The notes under the pieces were generated by a model. It made no database searches. It saw only the letters and a program-made list of their open reading frames with translations, and was not told where the DNA came from. A stretch of 64,000 nucleotides of DNA. It comes from a virus. The first letter of the stretch is position 1. Each line of letters begins with the position of its first letter. The position numbers were made by a program, and so were the translations under genes. Shown in pieces: positions 46,651 to 56,528 of this stretch. Where the stretch lies: the IMG/VR virus record IMGVR_UViG_3300042314_000343, positions 1 to 64,000 of that record. One strand, 5' to 3'.

Positions 46651-47730
46651 ATGTTTAGAGATATATTTAGAGGTTCACTATCATCAGCTTTCCGAAAGGT
46701 AATCGGAACAGCAGGATCTAACCCATTTAACGATGACTTTAATCGTACAGATGGTTCTATTAATCCAGCTGAAGACGGTGGAGTTTGGCAGGCTATAAGA
46801 GGAACCTTTCAGGTTTCTGGAAACAAGGCATCATCTCTAAATGACTCTAACTATCCAATCGCAGCTGTAGACTCGTTCACATCAAACGTTGACGTTGACA
46901 TCAAGGGAACCACTGGTGCAGGTGCTGCACTTTGGGTAACGGATTCTGGAAACTGGTGGTCAGTGGGAGCGGTACAGACATCTGAATCATGTAACTGTAC
47001 AGAATACTACAACAGCTATACATACACATATTACTACACTTACATCTCTGGATACAACCAGGGAAACTGTGTAAGAAATAATAATGACTGCTGTGCCTCA
47101 AACTACTGCCTATACTATAGCGGTGGAAACTGTGCAGCCTACGAATGTGTGGCATACAATACCTCAAACTGCTGTGGATTTAGCTGCTATGGCTACAATG
47201 CCTACAACTCTAGAAACAAGACTGGTGGAAACTGTATGGGTAACTTCTGCTCTTGCTATAATGGATCTAACTGTGCTGCAACTGGATGCTCGGCCTATAA
47301 CCCAATCGTATGTGGACAGTACGCCTGCTCTGACTACACGTCTTGCAACAACTGTGCAGAGTACAACGCTGGAAACCCTAACTATGCAGAGGCATCTGCA
47401 AATGCAACTGGATACAATGGACCATACTACAGCTGCCAGACATGCTACCCTAGCTACATCAGGGTATTCCAGTCCGCATCAAACGTGGTAACAACCATGC
47501 TAACTCAAGCAGTTAGTGCAGTGGTTCAGTCACTAAAGGTAAAGACCAACGGAAACCAGATAACTGTAAAGGCCTACTCTGATGCAAACCAGGTCACACA
47601 GATTGGTAGCGACATTGTGTACACTGCTACTGGTGCAGCGATTGCTCCTAGATTTGGAATCACAGTTGTGCCTAGCTCTTACGGACAAACCTACAACGTT
47701 GACGAAGTCACAATAACACCAAACTCGTAG
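46651..47730 (+). CDS. Fibre-tip protein with Cys/Tyr/Asn-rich insertion
   Basis: DDFNR beta-sandwich ends flanking about 150 aa of C..YN..C repeats. Confidence 0.75.
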   Translation: MFRDIFRGSLSSAFRKVIGTAGSNPFNDDFNRTDGSINPAEDGGVWQAIRGTFQVSGNKASSLNDSNYPIAAVDSFTSNVDVDIKGTTGAGAALWVTDSGNWWSVGAVQTSESCNCTEYYNSYTYTYYYTYISGYNQGNCVRNNNDCCASNYCLYYSGGNCAAYECVAYNTSNCCGFSCYGYNAYNSRNKTGGNCMGNFCSCYNGSNCAATGCSAYNPIVCGQYACSDYTSCNNCAEYNAGNPNYAEASANATGYNGPYYSCQTCYPSYIRVFQSASNVVTTMLTQAVSAVVQSLKVKTNGNQITVKAYSDANQVTQIGSDIVYTATGAAIAPRFGITVVPSSYGQTYNVDEVTITPNS

Positions 47731-47768
47731 TTCGTGATATACTTGGTATATCAAAAAAGAGAGAGACT

Positions 47769-48467
47769 ATGAAAATTTTTAAGGTGTTTTCCAGGCCAGG
47801 CCTGAGAGATTGGGGCAAGCCTCAGCCAGCAAAAGGCTTTGTGCCAGAGTGGTATCGCCAAAGCGAAAACACTTATGTTAGCGATAAAGATCCAAGTAAG
47901 AAGGAAAATGCAGGATTAAAAAAGTGCGTACCGCTTCTGGATGCACTTGTTTCTGGATACATGCTGACCATCCCAGTAGACATCTATGTAACTAAAGACG
48001 AAGATGGAAATCCAAGATTTAGCTGGAATGGGCCACAACAACTTTCTGGGTTTGTAGATGAAAGATCTCCACAGCTAGGAAAGCTTATGCCAAGGCCAGC
48101 AGGCCATCACCCAAACCACCTAGTATTCAGTGGTTTTTGGGGGTACAAAACTCCAAGAGGTTGGTCATCACTTATTGTGCATCCACTAAACAGGTTTGAC
48201 CTACCATTCACTATCTCATCTGCAATAGTAGATAGTGACGACTTCAATTCACCAGGAAATATTCCATTCTTTATAAAAGAAGGTTTTGAGGGGGTTATCC
48301 CAGCAGGAACACCATTTGCACAAATCATACCAATAAAGAGATCGTCGTGGACCCTGGTAGATGACACAACTGGCATGTCAGATGTAGAGCCTGTTCAGGC
48401 AGTGTTGGTTAGGCAACCAGAGACACTTTATAAAAAGATATACTGGAGAAAGAAGGACTACCGCTGA
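47769..48467 (+). CDS. Hypothetical protein (paralog of 48877)
   Basis: PEWY, KKCVP.LD, TPRGWS..HPLNR.DLPF, GTPFAQIIP. Confidence 0.8.
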   Translation: MKIFKVFSRPGLRDWGKPQPAKGFVPEWYRQSENTYVSDKDPSKKENAGLKKCVPLLDALVSGYMLTIPVDIYVTKDEDGNPRFSWNGPQQLSGFVDERSPQLGKLMPRPAGHHPNHLVFSGFWGYKTPRGWSSLIVHPLNRFDLPFTISSAIVDSDDFNSPGNIPFFIKEGFEGVIPAGTPFAQIIPIKRSSWTLVDDTTGMSDVEPVQAVLVRQPETLYKKIYWRKKDYR

Positions 48468-48880
48468 TGGCAAATCCAAAAAGAAGAAAATCAGAGAGAA
48501 AGCTTGTAGTCAACGTACCAGGAGATGTCAAGAGAATAACCACTCTTGACCTTATAAAGATGGCAGTCCTTAAGTCACTTGATAGCAAAAAGGCCAAAAA
48601 GTCTGTAGTCTCTGAAAATGGAATTATGCCAGACATGAGCAGAATGAACGACATCTCTACGCTAGCAATAGTTGTAGATAATGAAGTCGTAGATGTAATG
48701 AGGGCACAGCCTAGATTATCATCAATACTTTTGGCAGAGCCAAAGTTTGTAAAGATTAACAAGGAAGATGGCGGAGTTAGAATTGGAGATAAGTATCTGG
48801 ATGGAAAGTTTGTCCCTCAAGATGACAAAGTTGACATTAACCTAAATCCACAAGAGTTTAAGCTAGGAGAGACGCAGTGA
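48467..48880 (+). CDS. Hypothetical protein
   Basis: LAIVVDNEVVDV...LLAEPKFV resembles 38530. Confidence 0.7.
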   Translation: MANPKRRKSERKLVVNVPGDVKRITTLDLIKMAVLKSLDSKKAKKSVVSENGIMPDMSRMNDISTLAIVVDNEVVDVMRAQPRLSSILLAEPKFVKINKEDGGVRIGDKYLDGKFVPQDDKVDINLNPQEFKLGETQ

Positions 48881-49545
48881 AAATAAGAGGAAAAAACATA
48901 ACCTTTCATTCAGATAAAACTGAGTTTGATTTGCCAAGACCTGCTGCAGCAAGTCGTTTTATTCCAGACTGGTTTAGAACCATGCCAGGCGTGATTGACA
49001 GAGTTGAAACAGTAAAGAAGTGCATTCCAGTTTTAGACTCGCTAACTTTGGGGTACATGATTCCTCTGCCAGCAGATGTTATGTATGAGCCAGAGTCAAA
49101 GCAGATAATCTCAAATGCGAAGTTTAAACTTAACAGCGATCACGTGCCAGTGCAAACACAAAATGTAGCTTTGCCAGACCACTTTGACCCACAGCCACAC
49201 AAGTGGGTTAACTCCTGGTATATCAAAACACCAAAGGGGTATAGCACTCTATTCGTTCACCCACTAAACAGGCTTGATCTGCCATTTCAGTCATTCAGTG
49301 GAGTGGTTGATACCGACAAGCACCCCATTGTTATTAACTTTCCGTTTGTAATTCGTAAAGACTTTTCTGGTATAATACCAGCAGGGACTCCAATGATTCA
49401 GGCAATTCCATTTAAAAGAGACACTTGGGATAGCAAGGTAATTGACGAGAACGAGTCGTATTCATACGAGTTTGCAAATGCAAATCAAGATGCACCACTA
49501 GCATGGTATAAGAGGAATATATGGAACAAGAAGACCTATCGTTAA
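48877..49545 (+). CDS. Hypothetical protein (paralog of 47769)
   Basis: PDWF, KKCIP.LD, TPKGYS..HPLNR.DLPF, GTPMIQAIP. Confidence 0.8.
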   Translation: MKIRGKNITFHSDKTEFDLPRPAAASRFIPDWFRTMPGVIDRVETVKKCIPVLDSLTLGYMIPLPADVMYEPESKQIISNAKFKLNSDHVPVQTQNVALPDHFDPQPHKWVNSWYIKTPKGYSTLFVHPLNRLDLPFQSFSGVVDTDKHPIVINFPFVIRKDFSGIIPAGTPMIQAIPFKRDTWDSKVIDENESYSYEFANANQDAPLAWYKRNIWNKKTYR

Positions 49546-50963
49546 AAACGATCTACGTAGCAATCCCGTCACTATATGACGCAGAGCTGGCAAGAACAAT
49601 TGCCGACGCATTTGCCAAAGCTGATCACCCAGAAAGGGTATTTGTTGGAGTAGCAATCCAGGACGACAATCAAAAGATTTTTAAGCAGCTAAAGAAGCTG
49701 TACAAGAACAACAAGAATGTAAAGCTGTCCTTTACAAAGCTAACATCAAAGAACGTACTTGACGAGCTTGGGGTTGGTACAGGAAGAGCAAAATCACATT
49801 CCATGTACAATGACGAAGACTATGTTCTTCAGATTGACTCACACACTATGTTTGAGCAAGGATGGGATGCCATACTTGTTGATCTTCACCTAGAGGCAGT
49901 AGGAGAGATACAGAACGATAAGATTGTTCTTACCGCATATGCTGGTCACTACTTTTTAGACAAAGACGGAGAGCGAACTGTAGAGCTTCCAGAAGGATTC
50001 TCGGCAACCCAAAAATTCTTTTATTCTCTTTACGCACAGTTTCAAAGACGGTACGGAGTAATTCCAGCAGCGTCTATGGTTGACTTCGCAACTATAACAG
50101 ACGCCGACAGAAGACTTTTCCCAGCATCAAAATTTAGTGCCAACTTCGCATTTGGCAATAAAGAGTTTGCAAAAAACTTAGGACTAGACCTAAAAGCGGT
50201 GTTTTTTGAAGAAGAGGTTATCCAGTCTGTCAATCTTTTGTCATCAGGATTTAGCCTAGTATTTCCAAACATTGAAAGTGCACTTGTTCGCCACCTATAC
50301 ACTAAGGCAGGGTCAAAGCCAGAGCTTAGAAAGTCGTCAGCTGATTATCTAACTCAAGAGCAAGAGCGTCAGCTAAATCTAAGACAGCAGGAGAACTATC
50401 TGTCATTTTTGGCAGACGAGTCTCTAAAGGAATACCGTGAGTCTTATGAGAGATACTCCAACATAAGCCTAGAGCTTGGAAGGCAGTCAGCATCTACTCT
50501 GCACCCATCAACCTGGACTATTGACGCAGTAAGATACGACTTAATAGTGCAGGAATATCAGGATAGACTAAGAAGTCGTAACGTTGATGCAGCAGCTACT
50601 GAAGCTTCGGCACCAACTTCTGGTAACGAAGATGGTTGTAACTGTAAGACTAAGCACAACGCTACTGAAAATCATGAGGGACACAGTCACGATGAGGTAG
50701 TTGTAGAAGAGCAGTCTGGTGAGCAAGGAGAGCAGGCAAAGCCTAAAGTTGCAAGGCCTTGGGACCTTCTAAATCCAAATATTGGTAGGGTAAGCGATGA
50801 AGTAAAGAAGCTTAGAATGGACTACTGCAACGGCTGTGAGTTTTTCATCTCCCTTACACAGCAATGCACAAAGTGTGGATGCCACATGCCTTGGAAGACA
50901 GGTTTGCCACACGCATCTTGCCCAGTTGGAAAGTGGGACGCAGTTCCAGATGAAGGTAACTAA
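49521..50963 (+). CDS. Skp1-type GlcNAc-transferase-like glycosyltransferase fused to DUF6171-like Cys domain
   Basis: IYVAIPSLYD, ERVFVGV, LQIDSHTMFEQGWD, FEEE; C-terminal CNGC...CTKCGCHM...CPVGKW. Confidence 0.8.
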   Translation: MEQEDLSLKTIYVAIPSLYDAELARTIADAFAKADHPERVFVGVAIQDDNQKIFKQLKKLYKNNKNVKLSFTKLTSKNVLDELGVGTGRAKSHSMYNDEDYVLQIDSHTMFEQGWDAILVDLHLEAVGEIQNDKIVLTAYAGHYFLDKDGERTVELPEGFSATQKFFYSLYAQFQRRYGVIPAASMVDFATITDADRRLFPASKFSANFAFGNKEFAKNLGLDLKAVFFEEEVIQSVNLLSSGFSLVFPNIESALVRHLYTKAGSKPELRKSSADYLTQEQERQLNLRQQENYLSFLADESLKEYRESYERYSNISLELGRQSASTLHPSTWTIDAVRYDLIVQEYQDRLRSRNVDAAATEASAPTSGNEDGCNCKTKHNATENHEGHSHDEVVVEEQSGEQGEQAKPKVARPWDLLNPNIGRVSDEVKKLRMDYCNGCEFFISLTQQCTKCGCHMPWKTGLPHASCPVGKWDAVPDEGN

Positions 50964-51645
50964 TTTACTTGGAGATGCTACAAAGCTAAAGGTTGACTCA
51001 AATAGTGTTGACCTTGTAATAACTCACCCACCATATATTGGCATAGATGTAGAGCGTTATGGAGGAGATCCAGCTAGTCAGATTAACTTTTCACAAAACG
51101 AAAAGAACGTCTTAAAGCTTTTCAAGAAAGCCTTTTTAGAAGTTGAACGGGTATTACGTCCAGGGGGAAACTTAATCTTGGCTAACAACCCAAAAGGTGG
51201 TTTTGACGCAAAGCTTATGGTCCAAATTATTAAGACAACCAACCTACAGTTTTCATCCTACTACGCACAACACTCAGACGAGCCACATAAGAATATAACC
51301 GTTTGGCAGCACTACACTAAGGGAATTCAAAAAGGATTCTCTAGCTTTATTGGAACCAAGCGTTACGGATCAACAAAGATAGAGTGCGATATCAATAACG
51401 AAAAAGACCCAGTAGACATGCAGCTGGCAAAAGAAGGTTTTCACATATTTGATGCCATGCACAAAGATGTACCAACAAAGTTTATAAATATGTTTTCTGA
51501 GGATGGTCACGTAGTCTTGGATCCGTTTGGTGGTTCTGGGATTGTTGCCGTAACAGCTGCCCAACTAGGCAGGGTAGGGATTACTAATGATATATCAACC
51601 AAGCAGTTTGAAGCTGCACAAAGAAGAATGGAGCTAAGTCTATGA
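50950..51645 (+). CDS. DNA N4/N6 methyltransferase (beta class)-like
   Basis: SVDLVITHPPY and VLDPFGGSG; start moved to MKVTNLLGD. Confidence 0.75.
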   Translation: MKVTNLLGDATKLKVDSNSVDLVITHPPYIGIDVERYGGDPASQINFSQNEKNVLKLFKKAFLEVERVLRPGGNLILANNPKGGFDAKLMVQIIKTTNLQFSSYYAQHSDEPHKNITVWQHYTKGIQKGFSSFIGTKRYGSTKIECDINNEKDPVDMQLAKEGFHIFDAMHKDVPTKFINMFSEDGHVVLDPFGGSGIVAVTAAQLGRVGITNDISTKQFEAAQRRMELSL

Positions 51646-52703
51646 AAGTAGCCGTATATACAATAGCACTAAATGAGCGTCAATTTGTACAAAAGTGGTA
51701 CGACAGTGCCAAGGACGCAGACTACCTTCTCATAGCCGACACAGGCTCCTCTGACGGCACAAAAGAGCTTGCAGAGTCTTTAGGTATACACGTTATTGAT
51801 GTATCCGTAAAACCGTGGAGATTTGATGATGCAAGGAATGCATCGCTAGCAGCATTGCCATCAGACATTGATTACTGCATAGCTTTAGATATGGACGAAG
51901 AGCTACAGCCAGGATGGAAAGAGTCTCTAGAAAAGGCATACGAGTCTGGTTGGAGTAGGCCAAGATACAACTACACCTGGTCTTGGAACCAGGACGGTAC
52001 TCCAGGACTACAGTATGGTGGAGACAAGATTCACACTAGAAAGAATTACCGCTGGAAGTTTCCTGTGCACGAAGTCCTGACGGTTTATGGACAGGAAGAG
52101 ACTCAGGGTTGGATAGATCTAGAGATTCACCATCACCCAGACAGCTCTAAGCCTAGAAGCCAATACTTGCCATTGCTAAAAATGTCGGTACAAGAAGATC
52201 CTTACAACGATAGAAACGCTCACTACTATGCCAGAGAGCTATACTTTTATTCAATGTTCTCCCAAGCAGCAGATGAGTTTAGAAGACACCTTGCTCTACC
52301 TGGTGCAACCTGGAAGCCAGAGAGGGCAGCCTCAATGAGATACCTTGCTAAGTGCGAGCCATTAAATGCTGAGCACTGGCTAAAGCTTGCGATAAATGAA
52401 GCACCAGATAGAAGAGAAGCATACGTAGAGTTGGCAACCCTCTACTACAAAGACAAGAAGTGGGAGCTTTGCAAACAGGCTGCAGAGTCCGCTATTCTCA
52501 TAACAGAGAAGCCTTTAGAGTATCTAGTAGAAGGATTTGCTTGGGGTTCAACGCCATATGAGCTTGCTGCCTATGCTGCCTATAACCTGGGGGAATTCCA
52601 GAGGGCGTACGACTTATCAGAGATGGCATATAAAACTAATCCAAATGACGAAAGGCTCAAGAAAGAGCTAGACGCATACGCACTAAAACTAACAGCAATC
52701 TAA
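51642..52703 (+). CDS. GT2 glycosyltransferase with TPR repeats
   Basis: DTGSSDGT, RFDDARN, LDMDE, VHE; C-terminal TPR helices. Confidence 0.88.
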   Translation: MKVAVYTIALNERQFVQKWYDSAKDADYLLIADTGSSDGTKELAESLGIHVIDVSVKPWRFDDARNASLAALPSDIDYCIALDMDEELQPGWKESLEKAYESGWSRPRYNYTWSWNQDGTPGLQYGGDKIHTRKNYRWKFPVHEVLTVYGQEETQGWIDLEIHHHPDSSKPRSQYLPLLKMSVQEDPYNDRNAHYYARELYFYSMFSQAADEFRRHLALPGATWKPERAASMRYLAKCEPLNAEHWLKLAINEAPDRREAYVELATLYYKDKKWELCKQAAESAILITEKPLEYLVEGFAWGSTPYELAAYAAYNLGEFQRAYDLSEMAYKTNPNDERLKKELDAYALKLTAI

Positions 52704-52736
52704 ACACTCTGTGTGGTAAACTATAGGAGGTGAACA

Positions 52737-55700
52737 ATGTCTAGACCTTCTAATTTATACGCCGAGAAAATATTCTCCGAGCACCCAGTCGCTATGTGGG
52801 CTTTAGACGAGCAGGCTGATTATGTATCAATTATAGATGAAGACTTCAGGCTACTATCTGACTCGTCTAATTGGACGATAACTAATGGCACAATGGAAGA
52901 TACCGTTTCTGGGCCACTACAATCACCTTTCCCAGATAGCCATACATGTTTGTCTACAACAGATCACGAAGATGACAGTATCACAATCCTTAGCGACTTT
53001 GTCCCCAACATCTTTTCTGTTTCTGGAGGAATATTAAGCTTTGACGACCTAAACAAAGATCTTGGCACATTGTGCATCGGAATGTACGTATACTCACAGT
53101 CTGAAAATACTACGGGGTATGAGATAGGCTACTCCTATTTTGACTCAGTTTCTGCAGAAAGCGTAGAGGTAACCAAAAGCTTTGATATTGAAACTTATGG
53201 CAAATGGCTGCACATATCTGCAACATTTCCAATCTTAGATCAAGATGTTTCATTCAAGCTATTGTTTAGGTCAAAGTTCAAGCAGTCTATAGTGACACCA
53301 ACCCCACATACCGTTCTTTACAATGGCCTTACTTTGGGGCAGTGGTCAGAAGAATTTTGTTCAACATCCTTGGGCTCAGATGTAATTGACATCCCAGAAG
53401 AAATAGGTTTTTTGCCAGAAGGGTACAAGGCAATAGAGGCAAGGTCCTATTCTAGAGAAGACATCCCAGGATATTACCTAGTTAGCGGATCCTCTATCTA
53501 TGCCAAGAATTCTGGTATTCCGTTAGTGTATGGTGCTGAAAACTCAACTGTTATTTACGAAAATCTGAATGAGACAGAGGCTCCATCACTTATAGTCCCA
53601 GGACTTGGGTTCCTTAATGGTAATGGCAGATACCAGACAATGACTGCAGAGATGTGGCTCAACATAAACTCCTCAACATTTGAGCTAAAAAGAATTTTCG
53701 GACCAGTGTTTTCAACAGATGGCCTTTATGTAGACGGTGCATTCTTAGGGCTAAAGATTGGAAACAGCTATAGTTCTCACTACGTTGGTGAGTGGGCAAG
53801 ACCAATGCTAGTGCATATCAGATATTCAGAATCCGCAGCCAGCCTGCTGATAAATGGAGAGGAAGTTATAAACCTAGTTTTTGACCAGTCAACCATAAAC
53901 TTTCCAGACCCAGAGGTAGAAGGCGTAAGCACCGACTGGCTTGGCTTTTATGCTCATGAGCACATCTCACCAATCCTTGTAGACTGCGTTGCAATATATG
54001 GATACAAAGTTCCACCAGTTGTCGCAAAAAGAAGATTTGTTTACGGTCAGGGCGTAGAGTTTCCAGAGAATATCAACAACGCCTATAGCGGAACAACTAC
54101 ATTCTTTGACTATTCATTCTCTAAGTATTCAAATAACTACTCTTATCCAGGAGCTGGCTCTTGGACACAGGGGGTATACAACAACCTTGATCTACAGAAG
54201 AATTACCTTGCAACAAAGAGCTACGAAAAGCCACAGCTAATTTTTGACACTTTCGGAAGAGATATTTATCAAGAATGGAAGCAGGATAGTCTAGAGGTAA
54301 CGCAGGAAACCTCGCCATTCTTTTCCCTAAAACCAAACAGCAATTGGAATGGACTGAACGGATACATATACTTTGACAAGTATCAGATGATTGATGAGCC
54401 AGTAGCAGCTTTTTATGGTATTTTTAAAGTTTCGCAACTTACTAGCTCAGAGCAAGTCCTATTTAGAATAGACGACAAGCTCCAGGATAGGTACTTTGAG
54501 ATAGTTCTTGTTAATAATATAATTAAGTATAACTTTAAGGATAGCAACGCCAGCATCGAAACCCTGTACCAAACTGAAAGTGTTATTCCTGGAGAGCAGT
54601 TCACTATAGGAATTTCTGTAAAAGATTTTGTTAGCTATTTCGAAGGTAACATGAGGCCATTCTTTGGAAATCCTAGCCAGCTTTCGATGAGCGTGGGGGG
54701 CAGATCAGAGCTATCCTCAACATTTTCTGGAAAGATATACTCCATATCTATCCTTAATGCCCAGAGCCTTCTGACCGTTCCATATATGTTTTCTGCTCGT
54801 GGAATACCAGTCGACTACGAGTACGGCTTTGACGAATACGACTCCTTTGTACTCTATGATGCTGGAGACGAATACTTTGGAAATGATGGTTCATATTGGC
54901 AGCACATTCTTGACGGTGGTACCCCAACATCATTTATCACCGCCAGAGCACTTGGACATACTGGAACTTATACGCTAAGAGCCAAAGAGGTTTTTGACAA
55001 CTTTGATCTGTGCGTATCTACAAGCTCTACCTGGGAAGACTATCTTCCCCTTAGCTATTTTGCAAGGTACGTCACTAACGAAAAAGGCAAGAGCTACTAC
55101 GACCTTGACTTTATTCAGTTCAACATAGACTATCCTGCACCAAATAAATTTTCTAAGATAGACACTCAGGGCGGTCAGTGGACTTACGGCGACCTATATG
55201 AAGAATACTCGTTGCCAACAAAGAAGACATACGAAGTTTTGTCAAACCAGCTATTCACTGGGTACGACAACTATGCCGATCTAGCACAGAGGTCATCATT
55301 TGAGTATGTATACGATACCGCAGAAGCAATGGTAAAAACATACGTAATGTTTTCCTACACCTCATCACTTAAAGGAACCCTGTCTGGAAAATACTCAAAC
55401 ACTGTTAGTCTGCCAAAGAGTGGTATTGTCGTGCCAGGCGATGACTGGCTGACCACCAGGTACGAGGTTGTAGACAACTCTATCATCTATCCACCAGCTG
55501 GGGTAAACGTTAATCAGATAGTTATGACAACTCAGGTAGAGATTGTTAATCCAGACACAGAGACATACCCAATAGCAATTAGATCTATTCAGTATTCTCC
55601 ACAGTCTTTAGAGAAATCTTCCCCAACTGCAATTGGTACAAGATTTGGAATTGATGTTGCTCCATACACACAGAATGGCTTTTACGTAGATTATGCTGCA

Positions 55701-56510
55701 AACAATCCGTTTAGCGTTTACAAGGGCAGCACCCCATATCTCTATAACACTAGATACAGCGGAGTGCAGCCAAGAGGTGTGTTCAGCCCTCTGACTAATC
55801 GTGGAGTTTCTATCCCAGTTAATCCAGAAAAGACGAGAAACTACGAAATCATTGCGATGCAAATATCGCTAAGATTTGACGAAGACTTCTTCCCAATTTC
55901 ACCAATTCAAATCTTTGAGGTACAGGGCAGAAGAGACCACATAAAGTTCTTCCTTGTATCAACCAGTCCAAATGGAAAACGTGCAAAGATATACGCTGTA
56001 AACGCAAAGACTGGTCAGCTAGATGCTAATGTTGGACTTTACATAAATGGCAAAATATCTAAGGACGCCACTCTAACAGTAAAGGAGTGGGCAACTCTAG
56101 GAGTTAGCTTCTCTAAGATCCTAGACGTTTCTCTGACGGCAGGCTCCATTAGGATCAACGGTCCAATTCTTGCAAACAACATTTCATACTATCAGTCAAC
56201 AAGTCTTGAAGAGCGTCAGGACACCCAAGAAAGAGACTGGGAAGATGTTTTGCAAAATGGTACGATAGAGCTAGAGTGGGATTTCTGGGACTCGTTCATT
56301 TGGAATGACGTCCTAGTTCTGACATCAACATCACTTTTTGGTGTATCTCCAGTAGAAATATACAAGGCATTTACAGGAACAAACAGGATTGTGGTAGACG
56401 ATTATTCTGCAACAGCTCAGGGGCAGCCAGATAAATTGGTGTTTAAGGATTACCAGTACTCCGTGTATTCCGACATATCATGGTTTAGCACTACTAGGTC
56501 AGCCCTATAA
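52737..56510 (+). CDS. Large virion structural protein (LamG/ConA-like domains)
   Basis: 1257 aa, beta-rich; EHPVAMWALDE N-terminus; just upstream of head genes. Confidence 0.7.
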   Translation: MSRPSNLYAEKIFSEHPVAMWALDEQADYVSIIDEDFRLLSDSSNWTITNGTMEDTVSGPLQSPFPDSHTCLSTTDHEDDSITILSDFVPNIFSVSGGILSFDDLNKDLGTLCIGMYVYSQSENTTGYEIGYSYFDSVSAESVEVTKSFDIETYGKWLHISATFPILDQDVSFKLLFRSKFKQSIVTPTPHTVLYNGLTLGQWSEEFCSTSLGSDVIDIPEEIGFLPEGYKAIEARSYSREDIPGYYLVSGSSIYAKNSGIPLVYGAENSTVIYENLNETEAPSLIVPGLGFLNGNGRYQTMTAEMWLNINSSTFELKRIFGPVFSTDGLYVDGAFLGLKIGNSYSSHYVGEWARPMLVHIRYSESAASLLINGEEVINLVFDQSTINFPDPEVEGVSTDWLGFYAHEHISPILVDCVAIYGYKVPPVVAKRRFVYGQGVEFPENINNAYSGTTTFFDYSFSKYSNNYSYPGAGSWTQGVYNNLDLQKNYLATKSYEKPQLIFDTFGRDIYQEWKQDSLEVTQETSPFFSLKPNSNWNGLNGYIYFDKYQMIDEPVAAFYGIFKVSQLTSSEQVLFRIDDKLQDRYFEIVLVNNIIKYNFKDSNASIETLYQTESVIPGEQFTIGISVKDFVSYFEGNMRPFFGNPSQLSMSVGGRSELSSTFSGKIYSISILNAQSLLTVPYMFSARGIPVDYEYGFDEYDSFVLYDAGDEYFGNDGSYWQHILDGGTPTSFITARALGHTGTYTLRAKEVFDNFDLCVSTSSTWEDYLPLSYFARYVTNEKGKSYYDLDFIQFNIDYPAPNKFSKIDTQGGQWTYGDLYEEYSLPTKKTYEVLSNQLFTGYDNYADLAQRSSFEYVYDTAEAMVKTYVMFSYTSSLKGTLSGKYSNTVSLPKSGIVVPGDDWLTTRYEVVDNSIIYPPAGVNVNQIVMTTQVEIVNPDTETYPIAIRSIQYSPQSLEKSSPTAIGTRFGIDVAPYTQNGFYVDYAANNPFSVYKGSTPYLYNTRYSGVQPRGVFSPLTNRGVSIPVNPEKTRNYEIIAMQISLRFDEDFFPISPIQIFEVQGRRDHIKFFLVSTSPNGKRAKIYAVNAKTGQLDANVGLYINGKISKDATLTVKEWATLGVSFSKILDVSLTAGSIRINGPILANNISYYQSTSLEERQDTQERDWEDVLQNGTIELEWDFWDSFIWNDVLVLTSTSLFGVSPVEIYKAFTGTNRIVVDDYSATAQGQPDKLVFKDYQYSVYSDISWFSTTRSAL

Positions 56511-56528
56511 TATGGTATACTGTTGGTT

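Noticed and set aside
46985-47455. Diversity-generating retroelement target or template (AAC/TAC rich)
   Set aside because: No second near-identical copy differing at adenines and no reverse transcriptase in the window.
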